This document shows positions 38,477 to 52,466 of a stretch of 64,000 bases of DNA, piece after piece (within the stretch, counting starts at the first letter, position 1; the number at the start of each line of letters is the position of its first letter). The notes under the pieces were generated by a model. The model was not told where the DNA came from. It made no database searches and saw only the letters and a list, made by a program, of their open reading frames with translations. Both the position numbers and the translations under genes were made by a program. Source of the stretch: an uncultured Actinomycetes bacterium. GTDB lineage: Bacteria > Actinomycetota > UBA4738 > JACQTL01. The DNA is taken from positions 299,309 to 363,308 of the forward strand of contig CAVPQW010000005.1 in the NCBI GenBank assembly GCA_963707645.1, written 5' to 3'.

Positions 38477-39736
38477 CTACGGCCGGCGGAGCCGCGCCAT
38501 CGCGACCGCCACGTCCCCCTGCTTCTGGTAGATGCCACCCGCCAGGACGATCCTCCCGTCCGGTTGCAGCGCCACGTCGGAAGCAAACGTCTGGTGGCCG
38601 ACAAAGCGGATGTGGATGGCGCCGTCCTGGAAGAACGCCGGGTCCAGCCGGCCGTCGGAGGCGAACCGCGCGACGGCAAACGCTCGCTTGGTCGCCTGCC
38701 GTGAGGAGCTGTCGAAGGCGGTCACGATCTTGCCGTCGGACTGGAGCGCGAGCCCCGTCGCCACTTCGATCCCTCCGAAGATGTCCGCCAGCACCACGCC
38801 GTTCCGCCCGAAGGAGGCGTCCCGCGATCCGCCGGGGAGGAAACTGGCCAGGATCACGTTCCAGCCACCCGGTGCACCGCTGAGTCCTCCCGCCACGACG
38901 ATCCGTCCATCGGCCCGGACCTCGACGCCGATGACACTGAGCTGGCTCCCGGGATTCACGTGGATGCGGACGACGCCATCGTCGGCGAACGTTCGATCGA
39001 CGGTCCCATTCGGGGCGAAACGGGCGATGAACGCGTCCGTCGGGCTTTCGCCCGCGAGCACGATCCTGCCGTCCTCCTGGAGGGCGATCGCCGTCGGCCT
39101 CCCGGGAAGGGGGATCACCGACACCCCGTCACCTGAGAACGACGGGTCGAGTCCCCCGTGGCGGCGGAATCGCGCGACCGCGAAGCCATCGCGGGTCTCC
39201 GGCATCGCTCCGGCTACCAGGACCTTCCCATCGGCCTGCAGGGCGACGGCGCTCCCGAAGTGCACCAGCCGGGTGCTGGCGAGCCCGTCGTGGGAGAACC
39301 CCGGGTCCGGCCCGCCTCCCGGCAGCAGGCGCCCAACGCACAACTTGGGGCCGCGGCCCGGCACCGAGAGCACGCCGGCGACGACCACCCGGTTGTCGGT
39401 CTGGACCGCGAGGTCACGCAGCGAACAACCCGGCAGGGCTGCATGTCCGTCGCCGGAGAAGCCCGTGTCCAGCCTCCCGTTCGGCGTGTACCTCGCCACG
39501 ACATCCCGCGGCGTGCTCCGAACCGCGGCGAGGATCCGGCCCTTCGTGTCGATCCCGATTCGAAGGGCTGATGAGCTACTCCCGATCGCCGTGACCACCT
39601 TCCCGTCCTTCGAAAACGAGGGATCGAGCGGACCCGCGAGGGCGTGAGCGGGGACCAGGACCGGCAGCAGCACGGCCACCAGGAGGATGGCAAGGGTTCC
39701 CACCACCGGGTGTCGATCGGAACCCCGGCTCGTCAT
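38477..39736 (-). CDS. secreted delta-60-repeat (beta-propeller-like) protein
   Basis: ORF 38477..39736: signal peptide, then at least seven repeats of the type G(R/G)LDxSFxxDGxV... Confidence 0.75.
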   Translation of the reverse strand: MTSRGSDRHPVVGTLAILLVAVLLPVLVPAHALAGPLDPSFSKDGKVVTAIGSSSSALRIGIDTKGRILAAVRSTPRDVVARYTPNGRLDTGFSGDGHAALPGCSLRDLAVQTDNRVVVAGVLSVPGRGPKLCVGRLLPGGGPDPGFSHDGLASTRLVHFGSAVALQADGKVLVAGAMPETRDGFAVARFRRHGGLDPSFSGDGVSVIPLPGRPTAIALQEDGRIVLAGESPTDAFIARFAPNGTVDRTFADDGVVRIHVNPGSQLSVIGVEVRADGRIVVAGGLSGAPGGWNVILASFLPGGSRDASFGRNGVVLADIFGGIEVATGLALQSDGKIVTAFDSSSRQATKRAFAVARFASDGRLDPAFFQDGAIHIRFVGHQTFASDVALQPDGRIVLAGGIYQKQGDVAVAMARLRRP

Positions 39737-39833
39737 CGGGCGCCCCCTCCTCTCGATCGAAGACCTGCTCCTCGACTGGGCAGGTGCGCTGAACCCTACG
39801 ACGTCGGGTCCGTATTGAGGGAGCGCGCGGCCG

Positions 39834-43361
<3,528 letters not shown>

Positions 43362-43393
43362 CGCGGCGAACTCCTGTTCGTGGTGGGCCGCCG

Positions 43394-44417
43394 TCACCCG
43401 GCGAACTCCGTGTCCTGGATCCGCTCGAGCGTCGATACGGCGACCGACCGAGCAGCAACCCCCGCGAAGTGCCGAACTGCCGAACCGAGACGAGCGGCTC
43501 GTGAAGCGGCAGGAGCGCGTCAGCTCGTCGGGGATCCGGAGCGACCCGGTCCACCGGATCGCCACGACGCTCGCCCAGTCGTGGCCGAACGACCGGGTGT
43601 GGGGCCGCTCCCGGAGTCGCGCCGGCCACCGCGATCCCCAGGAGCCGAGCGGCCTCGGGCCCGAGGGGATCGCGGATCGCGAGCGTCGTCCGGCGGGTGA
43701 AGTCGAAGATCGCCGGATCGACGTCGTCGTACGACACCGACGTGAACTCGAGCGACAGCGCGGCGCGGTGTCGCCCCGCGGGAATACGCGTACGGCGAGC
43801 GGGACCGTTGCTCCGCGTCGACGTCGATCTCCACGCGCCCGACCAGCGTGTCGTCGGTCTTCGGTTCCAGCGACGAGCCGGTACGCGTCGCGCCCGGCCA
43901 CTCGCACGCCGCCGTCGACGAAGACCCGCGTGGTCGGCTCCAGGCCGTGGAGCAGGCCCCGGAACATGTCCTCGTCGATCAGGAGGTCGAGCGGGAACAG
44001 CCCGGTGCGGATGCCGGCCGGCGCCAGCCGGGTCGCGGTGAGAGAGCCGAAGTCCCACGCCCACGCGCCGTCGTGGCCGACGTACACGCCCTGCTCGGAG
44101 TTCGGTTCGACGACCGAGATGCGTGCGCCGAACGGCGAGCGCCACAGCCGGATGGTGTGGTCGCCGAGGAGGAACCCGACCGCGCCGCCGTCGAACAGTC
44201 GCCGTCGCCGCCGACGTCCGGGCAGGCCGAGGTCGAGGTGCAGCCGGAGGTCGCCGCTCACGTCAGGGTCGCGGCGAGCGCGTCACCGCCGACGCCGCCA
44301 GCCGGTCGGCCGAGATCGCCGGGAGGTCGACGTCGTCGACCGGGCGGCGCGCACGGCGACCACCGCACCGACCACCACGACGACGGCGACGCCTGCCGCC
44401 ACCCATCGCCTGTTCAT
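43394..44417 (-). CDS. LolA-like/lipoprotein-carrier-like secreted protein, several frame disruptions
   Basis: ATG 44417 gives MNRRWVAAGVAVVVVVGAVVAV (signal anchor). Later fragments: VSGDLRLHLDLGLPG..., YRLV..., LSLEFTSVSYDDVDPAIFDFT, ...VSTLERIQDTEFAG. The family call is tentative. It heads an operon with the ABC ATPase and permease. Confidence 0.45.
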
Positions 44418-44538
44418 CGGAGAGTTGCTCTGAGCATGCGCGGCGAGCCGATCCCCCGGCCGTCACGACATCTCCACAGGAAGCGCGGGGCTCAGTCACC
44501 GGTCGGTCTGGGCGGGCTCCGTCGCGCCGGCGACGGCG

Positions 44539-45459
44539 TCAGCATCTCGCGGGCTCGTGTTGCCGTCTCGCGGGCTCAATTCGCGACCGCGGGCTCGCGC
44601 CGCGGGCCTCCCGGAACATCCGGCGGAGCTCGTCCTCGGACATCGACTCGAGATCCAGGCCCTGTTCGTCGGCCATGGCCATGAACGCGGTCGTACCGGC
44701 CGGCGAACCCGCGCACGGTGCGCCGCAGCGCGGTCTCGGGGTCCACGCCGAGCCGCCGCGCCACGCCGACGGTCGCGAACAGCACGTCGCCGATCTCCTC
44801 CTCGGCGTTGGCCGGGTCGGCGGCCCGTTCGAGCTCCGCCGATCTCCTCGCGGAGGGCGGACATGGCGCCTTCGGTCGTCCGCCACTCGAACCCCCAGCC
44901 GGCCGCCCGGCGGAGCACCTTCGACGCGCGGGCCAGCGCCGGGAAGCGTGGCGGGGATGTCGTCCTCGACCTCGGCCGGACGTTCGGCGGTTCCCTTCTC
45001 CTCGGCCTTGATGCGCTCCCAGTTCACGAGCACCTCGTCGGCACCGGAGACCGAGACGTCGCCGAACACGTGCGGGTGGCGCCGGATGAGCTTGGCGACG
45101 ATCCCCTCGGCCACGTCGTCGACGTCCCACCGTCCCTCGTCGGCCGCCATCTGCGCGTGGAACACGACCTGGAGCAGGAGGTCGCCGAGCTCGTCGCGGA
45201 GGCGGTCGTCGTCGTTGCCGTCGATGGCGTCGAGGACCTCGTGCGCCTCCTCCAGCAGGTGCCGGGCGAGCGACCGGTGATCCTGCTCGGCGTCCCACGG
45301 GCACCCGCCGGGACCGCGCAGGCGCGCCATCACGCGCACGAGGTCGAGCAGCCGTTCGCCGCCCTGGGATGCCGGAACCGGGACCGTCGGGAACGCCGGG
45401 CAGCGGGCCGGATTTCTCCGGGACCCCTGCTGCGGCGGGGCGCCGTCCGCAGGGCTCAC
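44539..45459 (-). CDS. mazG: MazG nucleoside triphosphate pyrophosphohydrolase, frame-disrupted in second half
   Basis: ORF 44539..45459: LRGPGGCPWDAEQDHRSLARHLLEEAHEVLDAI...ELGDLLLQVVFHAQMA..GRWDVDDVAEGIVAKLIRRHPHVF. The second MazG repeat (EEEIGDVLFATVGVARRLGVDPETALR) lies in the frame of ORF 44576..45304. GTGA overlap with the upstream gene. Confidence 0.8.
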   Translation of the reverse strand: MSPADGAPPQQGSRRNPARCPAFPTVPVPASQGGERLLDLVRVMARLRGPGGCPWDAEQDHRSLARHLLEEAHEVLDAIDGNDDDRLRDELGDLLLQVVFHAQMAADEGRWDVDDVAEGIVAKLIRRHPHVFGDVSVSGADEVLVNWERIKAEEKGTAERPAEVEDDIPATLPGAGPRVEGAPPGGRLGVRVADDRRRHVRPPRGDRRSSNGPPTRPTPRRRSATCCSRPSAWRGGSAWTPRPRCGAPCAGSPAGTTAFMAMADEQGLDLESMSEDELRRMFREARGASPRSRIEPARRQHEPARC

Positions 45460-46463
45460 GGGCCGAACGCGGTCGGCGAGGGCAGGGCGGTGGCCGTGGA
45501 GTTCAACGGCACGACGGCGCCGGTCCGCGGATCGAGCCGGCCGTAGCGGGGGTTCACCTCGACGCCGTCGGCCGACCTGGTCCGCGTACCACTTCTGGAG
45601 GGCCGGCCCCTGGAGCTGCTGTACGGAGCTGGTCGCGGACCTCGTCGAAGGCCGCCGTCTTCACGGAGATCAGCTCGATGATGTGCCAACCGAACCGGGA
45701 TTGCACCGGCGCGCTGATCTGCCCGGGCTGGAGCGCGAGCGCGCCCCGGACGAAGTCGGAGTCGAGCTGCCCAACGGGGTGGTCCCGAGGTCGCCGCCCC
45801 GCTGCCCGGAGACCTTGTCGATCGAGTACTTCTTCGCGAGCTCGGCGAAGTTCTCCGGTGTGACCTCCTTGGCGACGCGGTTCGCCTCCTGTTCCGTCGG
45901 CAGCAGGATGTGGGCCGCGTGGAGCTGGGTGAAGTCGCCCCGCTGGCGCCGGTAGGCGGCCCGGAGCTGGTCGTCGCCGACGGCCTTGGCGGCCACGGCG
46001 TCCTGGACCCGTCGGACGAGCAGCCGTTCCCGGATGAGGCCGTCGAAGTCGGCCTGGTCGAGCGCCGAACTGGTCGAGGATCGCCTGGAGCTGCTCGGGG
46101 CCCAGCTGCTGCCGGAGTGCGTCGATCGGTCGCGTCGACCTCGAACGGCCGGACGCTGGATGTCGTGGTCCTCGGCGTAGGCGCGGACGATCTCCCGTTC
46201 GACGAGGAACTCGACCGTGTACCGGACGCACGGATTGCGGGCCGGCTCGCCGGGCGCCTGCGTCCCGCACGACCGGTCGGAGCAGCGCGGTGAGCACCCG
46301 CGCGGCCGGGCGTCGTCGCCTCGACCTGCGCGTCGCTGATCTCGACGCCGTGCACGACGGCCGCGGGCCGGCGCAGGCTCTCGCCGCACGCGCTCAGCCC
46401 GAACACGAGCGCGAGCGCAAGCACGAACGCCAGGGAACGAGGGAGGGGACGGAGGGAGGACAC
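45456..46463 (-). CDS. parvulin-type (SurA/PrsA-like) peptidyl-prolyl isomerase lipoprotein, several frame disruptions
   Basis: GTG 46463 gives VSSLRPLPRSLAFVLALALVFGLSACG (lipobox). The PPIC fragment GGDLG...ISAPVQSRFGWHIIELISV lies in ORF 45554..46297. The C-terminus is DGVEVNPRYGRLDPRTG. Confidence 0.65.
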   Translation of the reverse strand: MSSLRPLPRSLAFVLALALVFGLSACGESLRRPAAVVHGVEISDAQVEATTPGRAGAHRAAPTGRAGRRRPASRPAIRASGTRSSSSSNGRSSAPTPRTTTSSVRPFEVDATDRRTPAAAGPRAAPGDPRPVRRSTRPTSTASSGNGCSSDGSRTPWPPRPSATTSSGPPTGASGATSPSSTRPTSCCRRNRRRTASPRRSHRRTSPSSRRSTRSTRSPGSGAATSGPPRWAARLRLRPGRARAPARADQRAGAIPVRLAHHRADLREDGGLRRGPRPAPYSSSRGRPSRSGTRTRSADGVEVNPRYGRLDPRTGAVVPLNSTATALPSPTAFGP

Positions 46464-46468
46464 GGGTG

Positions 46469-46478
46469 TCCGATTGTA
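46469..46478 (-). promoter_or_regulatory. TACAATCGGA -10 element, probably giving a leaderless or near-leaderless transcript
   Basis: On the minus strand, TACAAT ends 9 nt before GTG 46463. The identical 10-mer TACAATCGGA also lies upstream of rplY (60446-60455). Confidence 0.45.
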
Positions 46479-46638
46479 CCGACGCCGTCGATTTGGACGG
46501 GGGTCCGGCCGTTCGCGGGCCGGCCTGGCGCACGGCGGCACACGGGCGATCGCGTCGAGCGTGGCGCATGCCACCGCCCGCCCACGCACGGTGGCACACG
46601 CGCAATCCCGCGCGGGCCACCGCCGCGTAGCACGGGGC

Positions 46639-47599
46639 ATGGGCGTGCCGACGGCGGAGCAGGCGAGGCCGCAGGCGGCGCGGGACCTCGTCTACTTCGG
46701 CGGGGTGGTCGGGCTGGGCCGGTTCCGTTGCGCTCCCGGCCACCCGGCGTGGCGCGAGGAGAACCGCATCGGGGTCTGGCCGCTCGTCGCCTTTCCCGAG
46801 ACGACCGTCCGCATCCGCCAGGCCGGCCACGAACCGGTCGTCGGGCACGCCGAACCACGCCGTCTGCTACCGGGCCCACCAGCCCTACCGGCGTGAGCTC
46901 ATCGCCGCCGAGGGCGACCGGTGCACGTTCGTCGTGGTCGACCCGCGCACCCTCGCGGAGATGACGGCCGAACTCGGCCGTCCTGCGGAGCCGGACGACG
47001 CGGCGTTCCCCGAGGTCACGGCGCCGATCCCGACAGGAGGCGTTCCTCGTCGCACCGGGCCGCGGTTCGGCGGGCGGAGTCCGACCCGGAACCGGACCGG
47101 CTGCGGCTGGACGACGACCCTGCTCGGCGCCGTTCGGGCGGTCGTCGTCGCGGCCGTCTCCCGCGCGGAACGGGTCGAGGCGGCGGCGCGGTCGGCGCGG
47201 AAGCGTTCGGCCCGCACCGAGGCCGCCCACGCCGAGACCGTCGAGGACGCCAAGGCGCTCCTCGCCGAGCGGTTCGCGGAACGGCTCACGCTGGAGTCCG
47301 TGGCCCGCGAGGTCCACACCTCGCCGTTCCACCTGGCCCGGATGTTCCGGCGGCGGACCGGGTTCGCGCTGCACGAGTACCGCACCCAGCTGCGGCTGCG
47401 GGCCGCGGTGGACCGCTTCGACGGGGGCGACTCGCTCGCAGGCGTCGCCGTCGCCTGTGGGTTCGCCAGCCACAGCCACCTGACCGACGCGTTCCGGCGG
47501 GCGTTCGGGACGACGCCCTCGGCGTTCCGGGACCTGGGGCGGCGCCGAGCGATGCCGCCGCCCGGGACGCGGCCGGAGCGCCGCCAGACGGCCGGCTGA
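46639..47599 (+). CDS. AraC family transcriptional regulator, frame-disrupted
   Basis: The C-terminal HTH lies in ORF 46934..47599: LTLESVAREVHTSPFHLARMFRRRTGFALHEYRTQLRLRAA...GFASHSHLTDAFRRAFGTTPSAFR. The N-terminal cupin-like part from ATG 46639 lies in ORF 46474..46896. Confidence 0.7.
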
Positions 47600-47606
47600 C
47601 TCCGGC

Positions 47607-48720
47607 TTACTCGGGCGAGCCGGCGTCCTCCGGCGCCTCGTCCTCGGGAACGACCTCCCGGCGCCGTCCACTGCCGGCCGGGCAGGATGATGCTCGACGA
47701 GGTCCCCACGGCGACCGGCTTGCCGTCGGCGTTCCGCAGCTCGCACGAGGCCACCGCCAGCGAACTTGCCCCGGTGCGTCACGCGCGCCTCCGCGGTGAG
47801 GTCGCGCATGTCGGGGAACACGGGCCGGACGAAGTTCACCTTCAGGTCGAGCGGCGCGAACACCGCCCCGGCAGGGATCGTCGTGTGCACCGCGCCGGCG
47901 AGCGCCGTGTCGACCACCCACGCGATCGCGCCCCCGTACAGCGCCCGGGCGGGGCTGTTGAGCCACTCCGTCGCCGGCTGGACGAACACGGCCCGGCCCT
48001 CGTCGACCTCGGCGAACCGCCCGCCGGTGAAGTGGTGGATGGGCGGCGACGGCAGGTCGCCCGCGATGAGCGCCCGGTAGACGCTCGAGCCCGTCGCGTT
48101 CGTTCCACACCTCCTGACCGACGAGGGCGCCCTCCGGTTCGCGCTGCCAGGGGTCGGGCGTGTCGTGGTCCGGCGCGTACACGGGAAGCGACTCCGGGTC
48201 GGGCGGCTCGGGCGTGACCGGGAGCGGGTCGAACAGGAAGCACCGCGTGGTGCCGTGGCCGAGCAGGCGCCCGGCTCGCGTCCTCGACGCGGATCTCCGA
48301 GAGCGCGACCCGCTTGCCGGTGTGGATGAGCCGCGCCCGTCCGATGAGCTCGCCGCTCCGCGTCGAGACGGGCCGGAGGTAGTTCATCGACAGGTCGCTC
48401 GTGACGAGCAGCCGCCCGGGCGGAAGCGCCGTCGCGATCGCCGTTCCCAGGGGCGCGTCGGCCACGAACGCCATCGTCCCCGCCGAGAACAGCCCGGCCG
48501 GCGTCTGCCACCACGGCGAGGCCGGCATGGTGAACGTCGAGGAACCCGGCCCGCAGTCGACCGGCTTCAGCCCGGTGAGGTGGTGGATCGGCGGCGCCGG
48601 CGTCTTCCCCGCCAGCGTGAGCCGCATCCGCTCGAGCCCGTTGAACCCGAGCACCGACGGGTCCGAGTACCCGCCCCGGACGGGCTCCTGCCAGATCGGA
48701 ACCGCACGCGTCGTCGCCAT
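47607..48720 (-). CDS. tandem hotdog-fold (PaaI-like) thioesterase, frame-disrupted
   Basis: From ATG 48720, first domain: PPIHHLTGLKPVDCGPGSSTFTMPASPWWQTPAGLFSAGTMAFVADAPLG...TSDLSMNYLRP. Second domain, in other frames: PPIHHFTGGRFAEVDEGRAVFVQPATEWLNSPARALYGGAIAWVVDTALA...LDLKVNFVRP. Confidence 0.65.
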
Positions 48721-48844
48721 CTCGCGGCGAGTGTAGTGGCGGCCCGGGTGGCGCTCGTCGGGAACGCGCGCCCGACCCGGCCGCGCCGAACGCGCGCCCA
48801 CGACGCCGGCCGATCGCGAGGCCCCAGCCGTGCGCGAATGGCGG

Positions 48845-49467
48845 CTACCCGATGCGCTCCCATTCCGGGCGGTGGCAGCCCCATGAGGATCACGTCGTGG
48901 CGCCGGCCGTTGCGTTCGAAGTGCTCGCGCAGCCGCCCCTCCTCGGTGAACCCGAGCTTCCGGTACAGCGCCTGGGCCCGCTCGTTGTAGCCGAACACGT
49001 CGAGCCAGATGCGGTACAGGTTCAGCTCCTGGAACCCGTAGCGGATCGTCACCTTCGACGCGTCGGTGCCGAACCCCTTGCCCCACTCGGACTCGCGCCC
49101 GATCCCGAGACCGAGGACGGCGGTGCGGTGGTGCGACTGGATGTCGTAGAGGCGGGTCATGCCCACCAGCCGGTCGTCGTCGATCGCCCGGAGCGCGAAC
49201 GTGACGCTCGCCGGCCAGTCGTCGCGCCACTGTTCGATCTGCTTGGCGGCGTCGTCCTCCGAGAGCGGCCGGATGGCATGTCGAACCCCATCCGCTGGAA
49301 CCCCATCTCGCTGTGCCACGCGGCGAGCTCCGCGGCGTCGCGTTCGAGGTCCCAGGTGTCGAGCCGTATCAGGTCGCCCCGGAGCAGGTCGTAGTCGCCG
49401 GCGGGGGCTGAAGTGCCTTGCGTTGCAGGTGTTTCGGTGTTCGGGGGTACGGCTTCATGGAAGACAT
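48845..49467 (-). CDS. GNAT family N-acetyltransferase, about three frame disruptions
   Basis: ORF 48567..49319 core: LVGMTRLYDIQSHHRTAVLGLGIGRESEWGKGFGTDASKVTIRYGFQELNLYRIWLDVFGYNERAQALYRKLGFTEEG. The N-terminal part (DLLRGDLIRLDTWDLERDAAELAAW) lies in ORF 49157..49729. The start is approximate. Confidence 0.65.
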
Positions 49468-49697
49468 GGCGATCCTTTCGAGATTGCGGTGCGCCCGTGA
49501 GGCGCCCGCGGCGGCTTCGGAAACGAAGAAGGCCGCCCTCGCGGACGGCCGGAACGCGATCGCGCGTGACCGCTAGCCGGAAGCGCCGGAGGGACGACGG
49601 GAGCAGCTGGTGCCGTTCACGTGTCATCCCTCCTCTCGAACGTCGGTCGATCTTCGGACCCCGTGGAGTGTACGGGTCGTTTCGCGCGGCAGTCATC

Positions 49698-50192
49698 TCA
49701 CGAGAGGTCGAGCCGGTACTTCCCCTCACCGTAGGACGGGTTCGACGGCAGCGGCTGGGTGTCGCCGGTCGGGCGGAATCCGCAGGAGCGGTAGAGCGCG
49801 ATCGCCGGCTCGTTCCCGTCGGTCACCCAGAGGTTGATCACGTCTGCGCCCTCGGCGCGCGCCCAGGCGACGACCGCCTCGACGAGCCGGCGGCCGAGCC
49901 CGGCGCCGCGGTGCGACGGGTCGACCCACATCGAGACGAGGTGGACGGCGTCGGGGTGTTCCTCCTCGTGATAGCCGCCGGCGAGCCCGACGAATCGCTC
50001 GCCGTCGTCGGCGACGAACATGACGCCGTCGCCGCTCCTGCCCCGGCCCGACCACTGCCGCCACTCGGCCTCGGTGCGGTCGCGTTCGCGCTCGAGCGTC
50101 GAACCGAACGCGAGCGGCGACTCGGCGAGGGCTCGCAGCCGGACGTCGCGCACGAGCGTCCAGTCGTCCTCGGTCGTCGGACGGATCTCCAT
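49698..50192 (-). CDS. GNAT family N-acetyltransferase
   Basis: Last 164 aa of ORF 49698..50642 from ATG 50192: MEIRPTTEDDWTLVRDVRLRAL...VDPSHRGAGLGRRLVEAVVAWARAEGADVINLWV...NEPAIALYRSCGF. Confidence 0.8.
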   Translation of the reverse strand: MEIRPTTEDDWTLVRDVRLRALAESPLAFGSTLERERDRTEAEWRQWSGRGRSGDGVMFVADDGERFVGLAGGYHEEEHPDAVHLVSMWVDPSHRGAGLGRRLVEAVVAWARAEGADVINLWVTDGNEPAIALYRSCGFRPTGDTQPLPSNPSYGEGKYRLDLS

Positions 50193-50231
50193 CGGCTCGC
50201 AGTCTGCCAGCCCGGCGGCCAGACTTGGCGG

Positions 50232-50766
50232 GTGGAGTTCCGGGTCCGGCCGGCGGAGCCCTCGGACGTCGCGGCGATCGCCGAGGTGCACGTCCGCGGC
50301 TGGCAGTGGGGCTACCGCGGGCTGCTCCCCGAGGCCCTGCTCGACGACCTCGACGCGGGCGAGCGCGCCGAGCGCCTCCTGGCGGTCATGACCGCCGACG
50401 AGCCGACGATCGCGGTCCACCTGGCCGAGTCCGAAGGCCGCGGTCATCGGGTTCGTCTCGAGCGGTCCGACCCGCGACCCGGGCGCCGGCGAGGAGGTCG
50501 GCGGGGGACCGGCGAGGTCTACGCCCTGTACCTCGACGAGGACGCCGCGGGAACGGGCGTCGGTGCGGCGCTGCTCGGCGCCGCGGTCGACGAGCTCCGG
50601 GTCGCGTGGATTCGCGCGGGCGGAGCTGTGGGTCCTCGACACGAACGCCCGCGCCCGGCGCTTCTACGAGCGCGAAGGCTGGCGCGCCGACGGCGCAACG
50701 AAGTCCGAGAGGTTCCACGGCGTCGAGCTGCGCGAGGTCAGGCTCGGACGGCCGCTCCGGGACTGA
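50232..50766 (+). CDS. GNAT family N-acetyltransferase, two frame disruptions
   Basis: GTG 50232 gives VEFRVRPAEPSDVAAIAEVHVRGWQWGYRGLLP. The end lies in ORF 50563..50766 (FARAELWVLDTNARARRFYEREGWRADG). Confidence 0.65.
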
Positions 50767-50873
50767 GCGGTTCATCGGGTTCGAGCACAAGCGGACGGGA
50801 GGCACCGGCAGTCGGCCGCGTCAATCGTGGCGCGGTACGCGGGGCGCCAACCGGGCACGACCAAGAACCCGGA

Positions 50874-52051
50874 CTAAGGCGGAGCGCGCTCGTTCTTCCA
50901 GTGGCAGCCCGTCGGGGCGGTAAGAAGCGAGGGCCGGCCGTCAGTCATCTCCACGCGGAATCCGTCGTGGATCAGTCGGTGGTGCCGTCGGCAGAGCAGC
51001 ACCAGGTTCGACAAACGCGTTTGCCGCCGTCGGCCCAGTGCACGATGTGGTGCGCGTCGCACCAGGACGCGGGCCGGCCGCATCCGGTGAACCGGCACCC
51101 GCCGTCGCGAACCACGACCGCCCGGCGGAGCGGGGCCGGAACCACCGGCGTCCGTCGACCGACGTCGAGCGGCTCCGACCGGCCCTTGGTGATGACCCGC
51201 GCAACGCTTGCGTCGCACGCGAGCCGACGAGCCGACTCTCCGGAGATCTGCGTGGAATCCAGCTCGGCGCTTCCCCGGGTTCGTCCTTCGAGCACCTCGA
51301 GGTCGACCGTCACGGTCAGATGCGGGCGCTCCCCGCCTACCGCCGGCCGGTCCGAGCGATCGAGCCAGTGCCGCGCGAGCTCGCCCAGCGCATCGCATCG
51401 GCGCTGGGCGGGAGTTCGCCGGTCATCCGGCGCCTTCGCCCATCCCGACGTGATCGAGTCGAGCGCCGTCTCGAGCGTCTGCCCGTTCTCCGGGTCGAGG
51501 TTGCCGTCGGCCCGGAACATCCCCCAGCCGAGCATCGACAGGGAGAAGCCCCGCCGGTCGTAGCGTTCCCGGTCGGCCGCGGCGGCATCCGCCTCGACCA
51601 TGTCCCGCCAGTGCGACACCGCGCGGCGGAGCCCCTTCGACGGCAGCGTTCGGGCGCTCTCCACGAGGAGCTCCTCGACTCGCGAGAACTCCTCGGGATC
51701 CGCCTCCCGCGCCGCCACGAGCTGGCTCACGGCGGAGGTGGATACGTCGCCCGCATACAGCGCGTCGCGTGCCGCCGGCATGTGCTCGAGCGCCCGTGCC
51801 GTTCGAACCTGACGGGCCGCCTCGGACCATGTGGTCTGCAGCCGGTCCTCGACCCACGCGGTCACCGACAGGTGCCCGGAGTTCGCGAACATGGCCCGCC
51901 GCTCGACCTCGGCCACCGTCCGGGCCCTCTCGCCCTCGAGGATCCCCTCGGCCCGCGCGATCTCCTGCAGGCGCGCCTCGACCTCGGCGTCGGAGAGGAA
52001 GCGAAGGTCCTCCCCACACAGCTCTTCGAGGCCGGAACGCAGCGTGCTCAT
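50874..52051 (-). CDS. DUF222 / HNH endonuclease family protein (REP13E12-like), one frame disruption near 51010
   Basis: From ATG 52051, ORF 50972..52450 reads MSTLRSGLEELCGEDLRFLSDAEVEARLQEI...RRLACDASVARVI...RRAVVVRDGGCRFTGCGRPASWCDAHHIVHWADGG. It continues in ORF 50874..51398 (TRLSNLVLLCRRHHRLIHDG). Confidence 0.75.
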
Positions 52052-52199
52052 GGCAGTATCGAACACCAGTTCGGGGGGTCTGTCAGTGACCTCGGTCACA
52101 CCCCCCGTGCTATTTCCGCTGGTCAGAGGCATGGCCGAAGAAGAAACAAAGAAATTTCGGGAGCGTGTACCGTCATCGCGCCGATTGAGGAGCACGTTC

Positions 52200-52443
52200 A
52201 TGTCACCGGAACAGAAGAGGTCCGCGCCACCCGGCTTTCGTCGTCCTCCGTCAGATTGAGGAGGGTCGTTGGGAACTGCTCGGCGAGTACGAGCGGAAGC
52301 CCGGCCTGACAGCGCGAGCCGCTCGTTCACAGGCGATCCTGGACGCCACGCGGGGCGCGGCGGGAGCCGGCGATGTCTTCGCGGCGGTGCTCCGCAGCGA
52401 GTGGCGCGTCGCCCTCGACTGGCAGCCGCCACCCGACGGGTAG
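52200..52443 (+). CDS. small hypothetical protein (about 80 aa), one frame disruption near 52237
   Basis: GAGGAG lies 7 nt upstream of ATG 52200. MSPEQKRSAPPGF is followed, after a shift at a TTT run, by VVLRQIEEGRWELLGEYERKPGLTARAARSQAILDATRG...VLRSEWRVALDWQPPPDG. The GC3 bias looks coding, but no family is recognised. Confidence 0.3.
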
Positions 52444-52466
52444 CCGCCAAGGGCGAGGCCGGGGCC

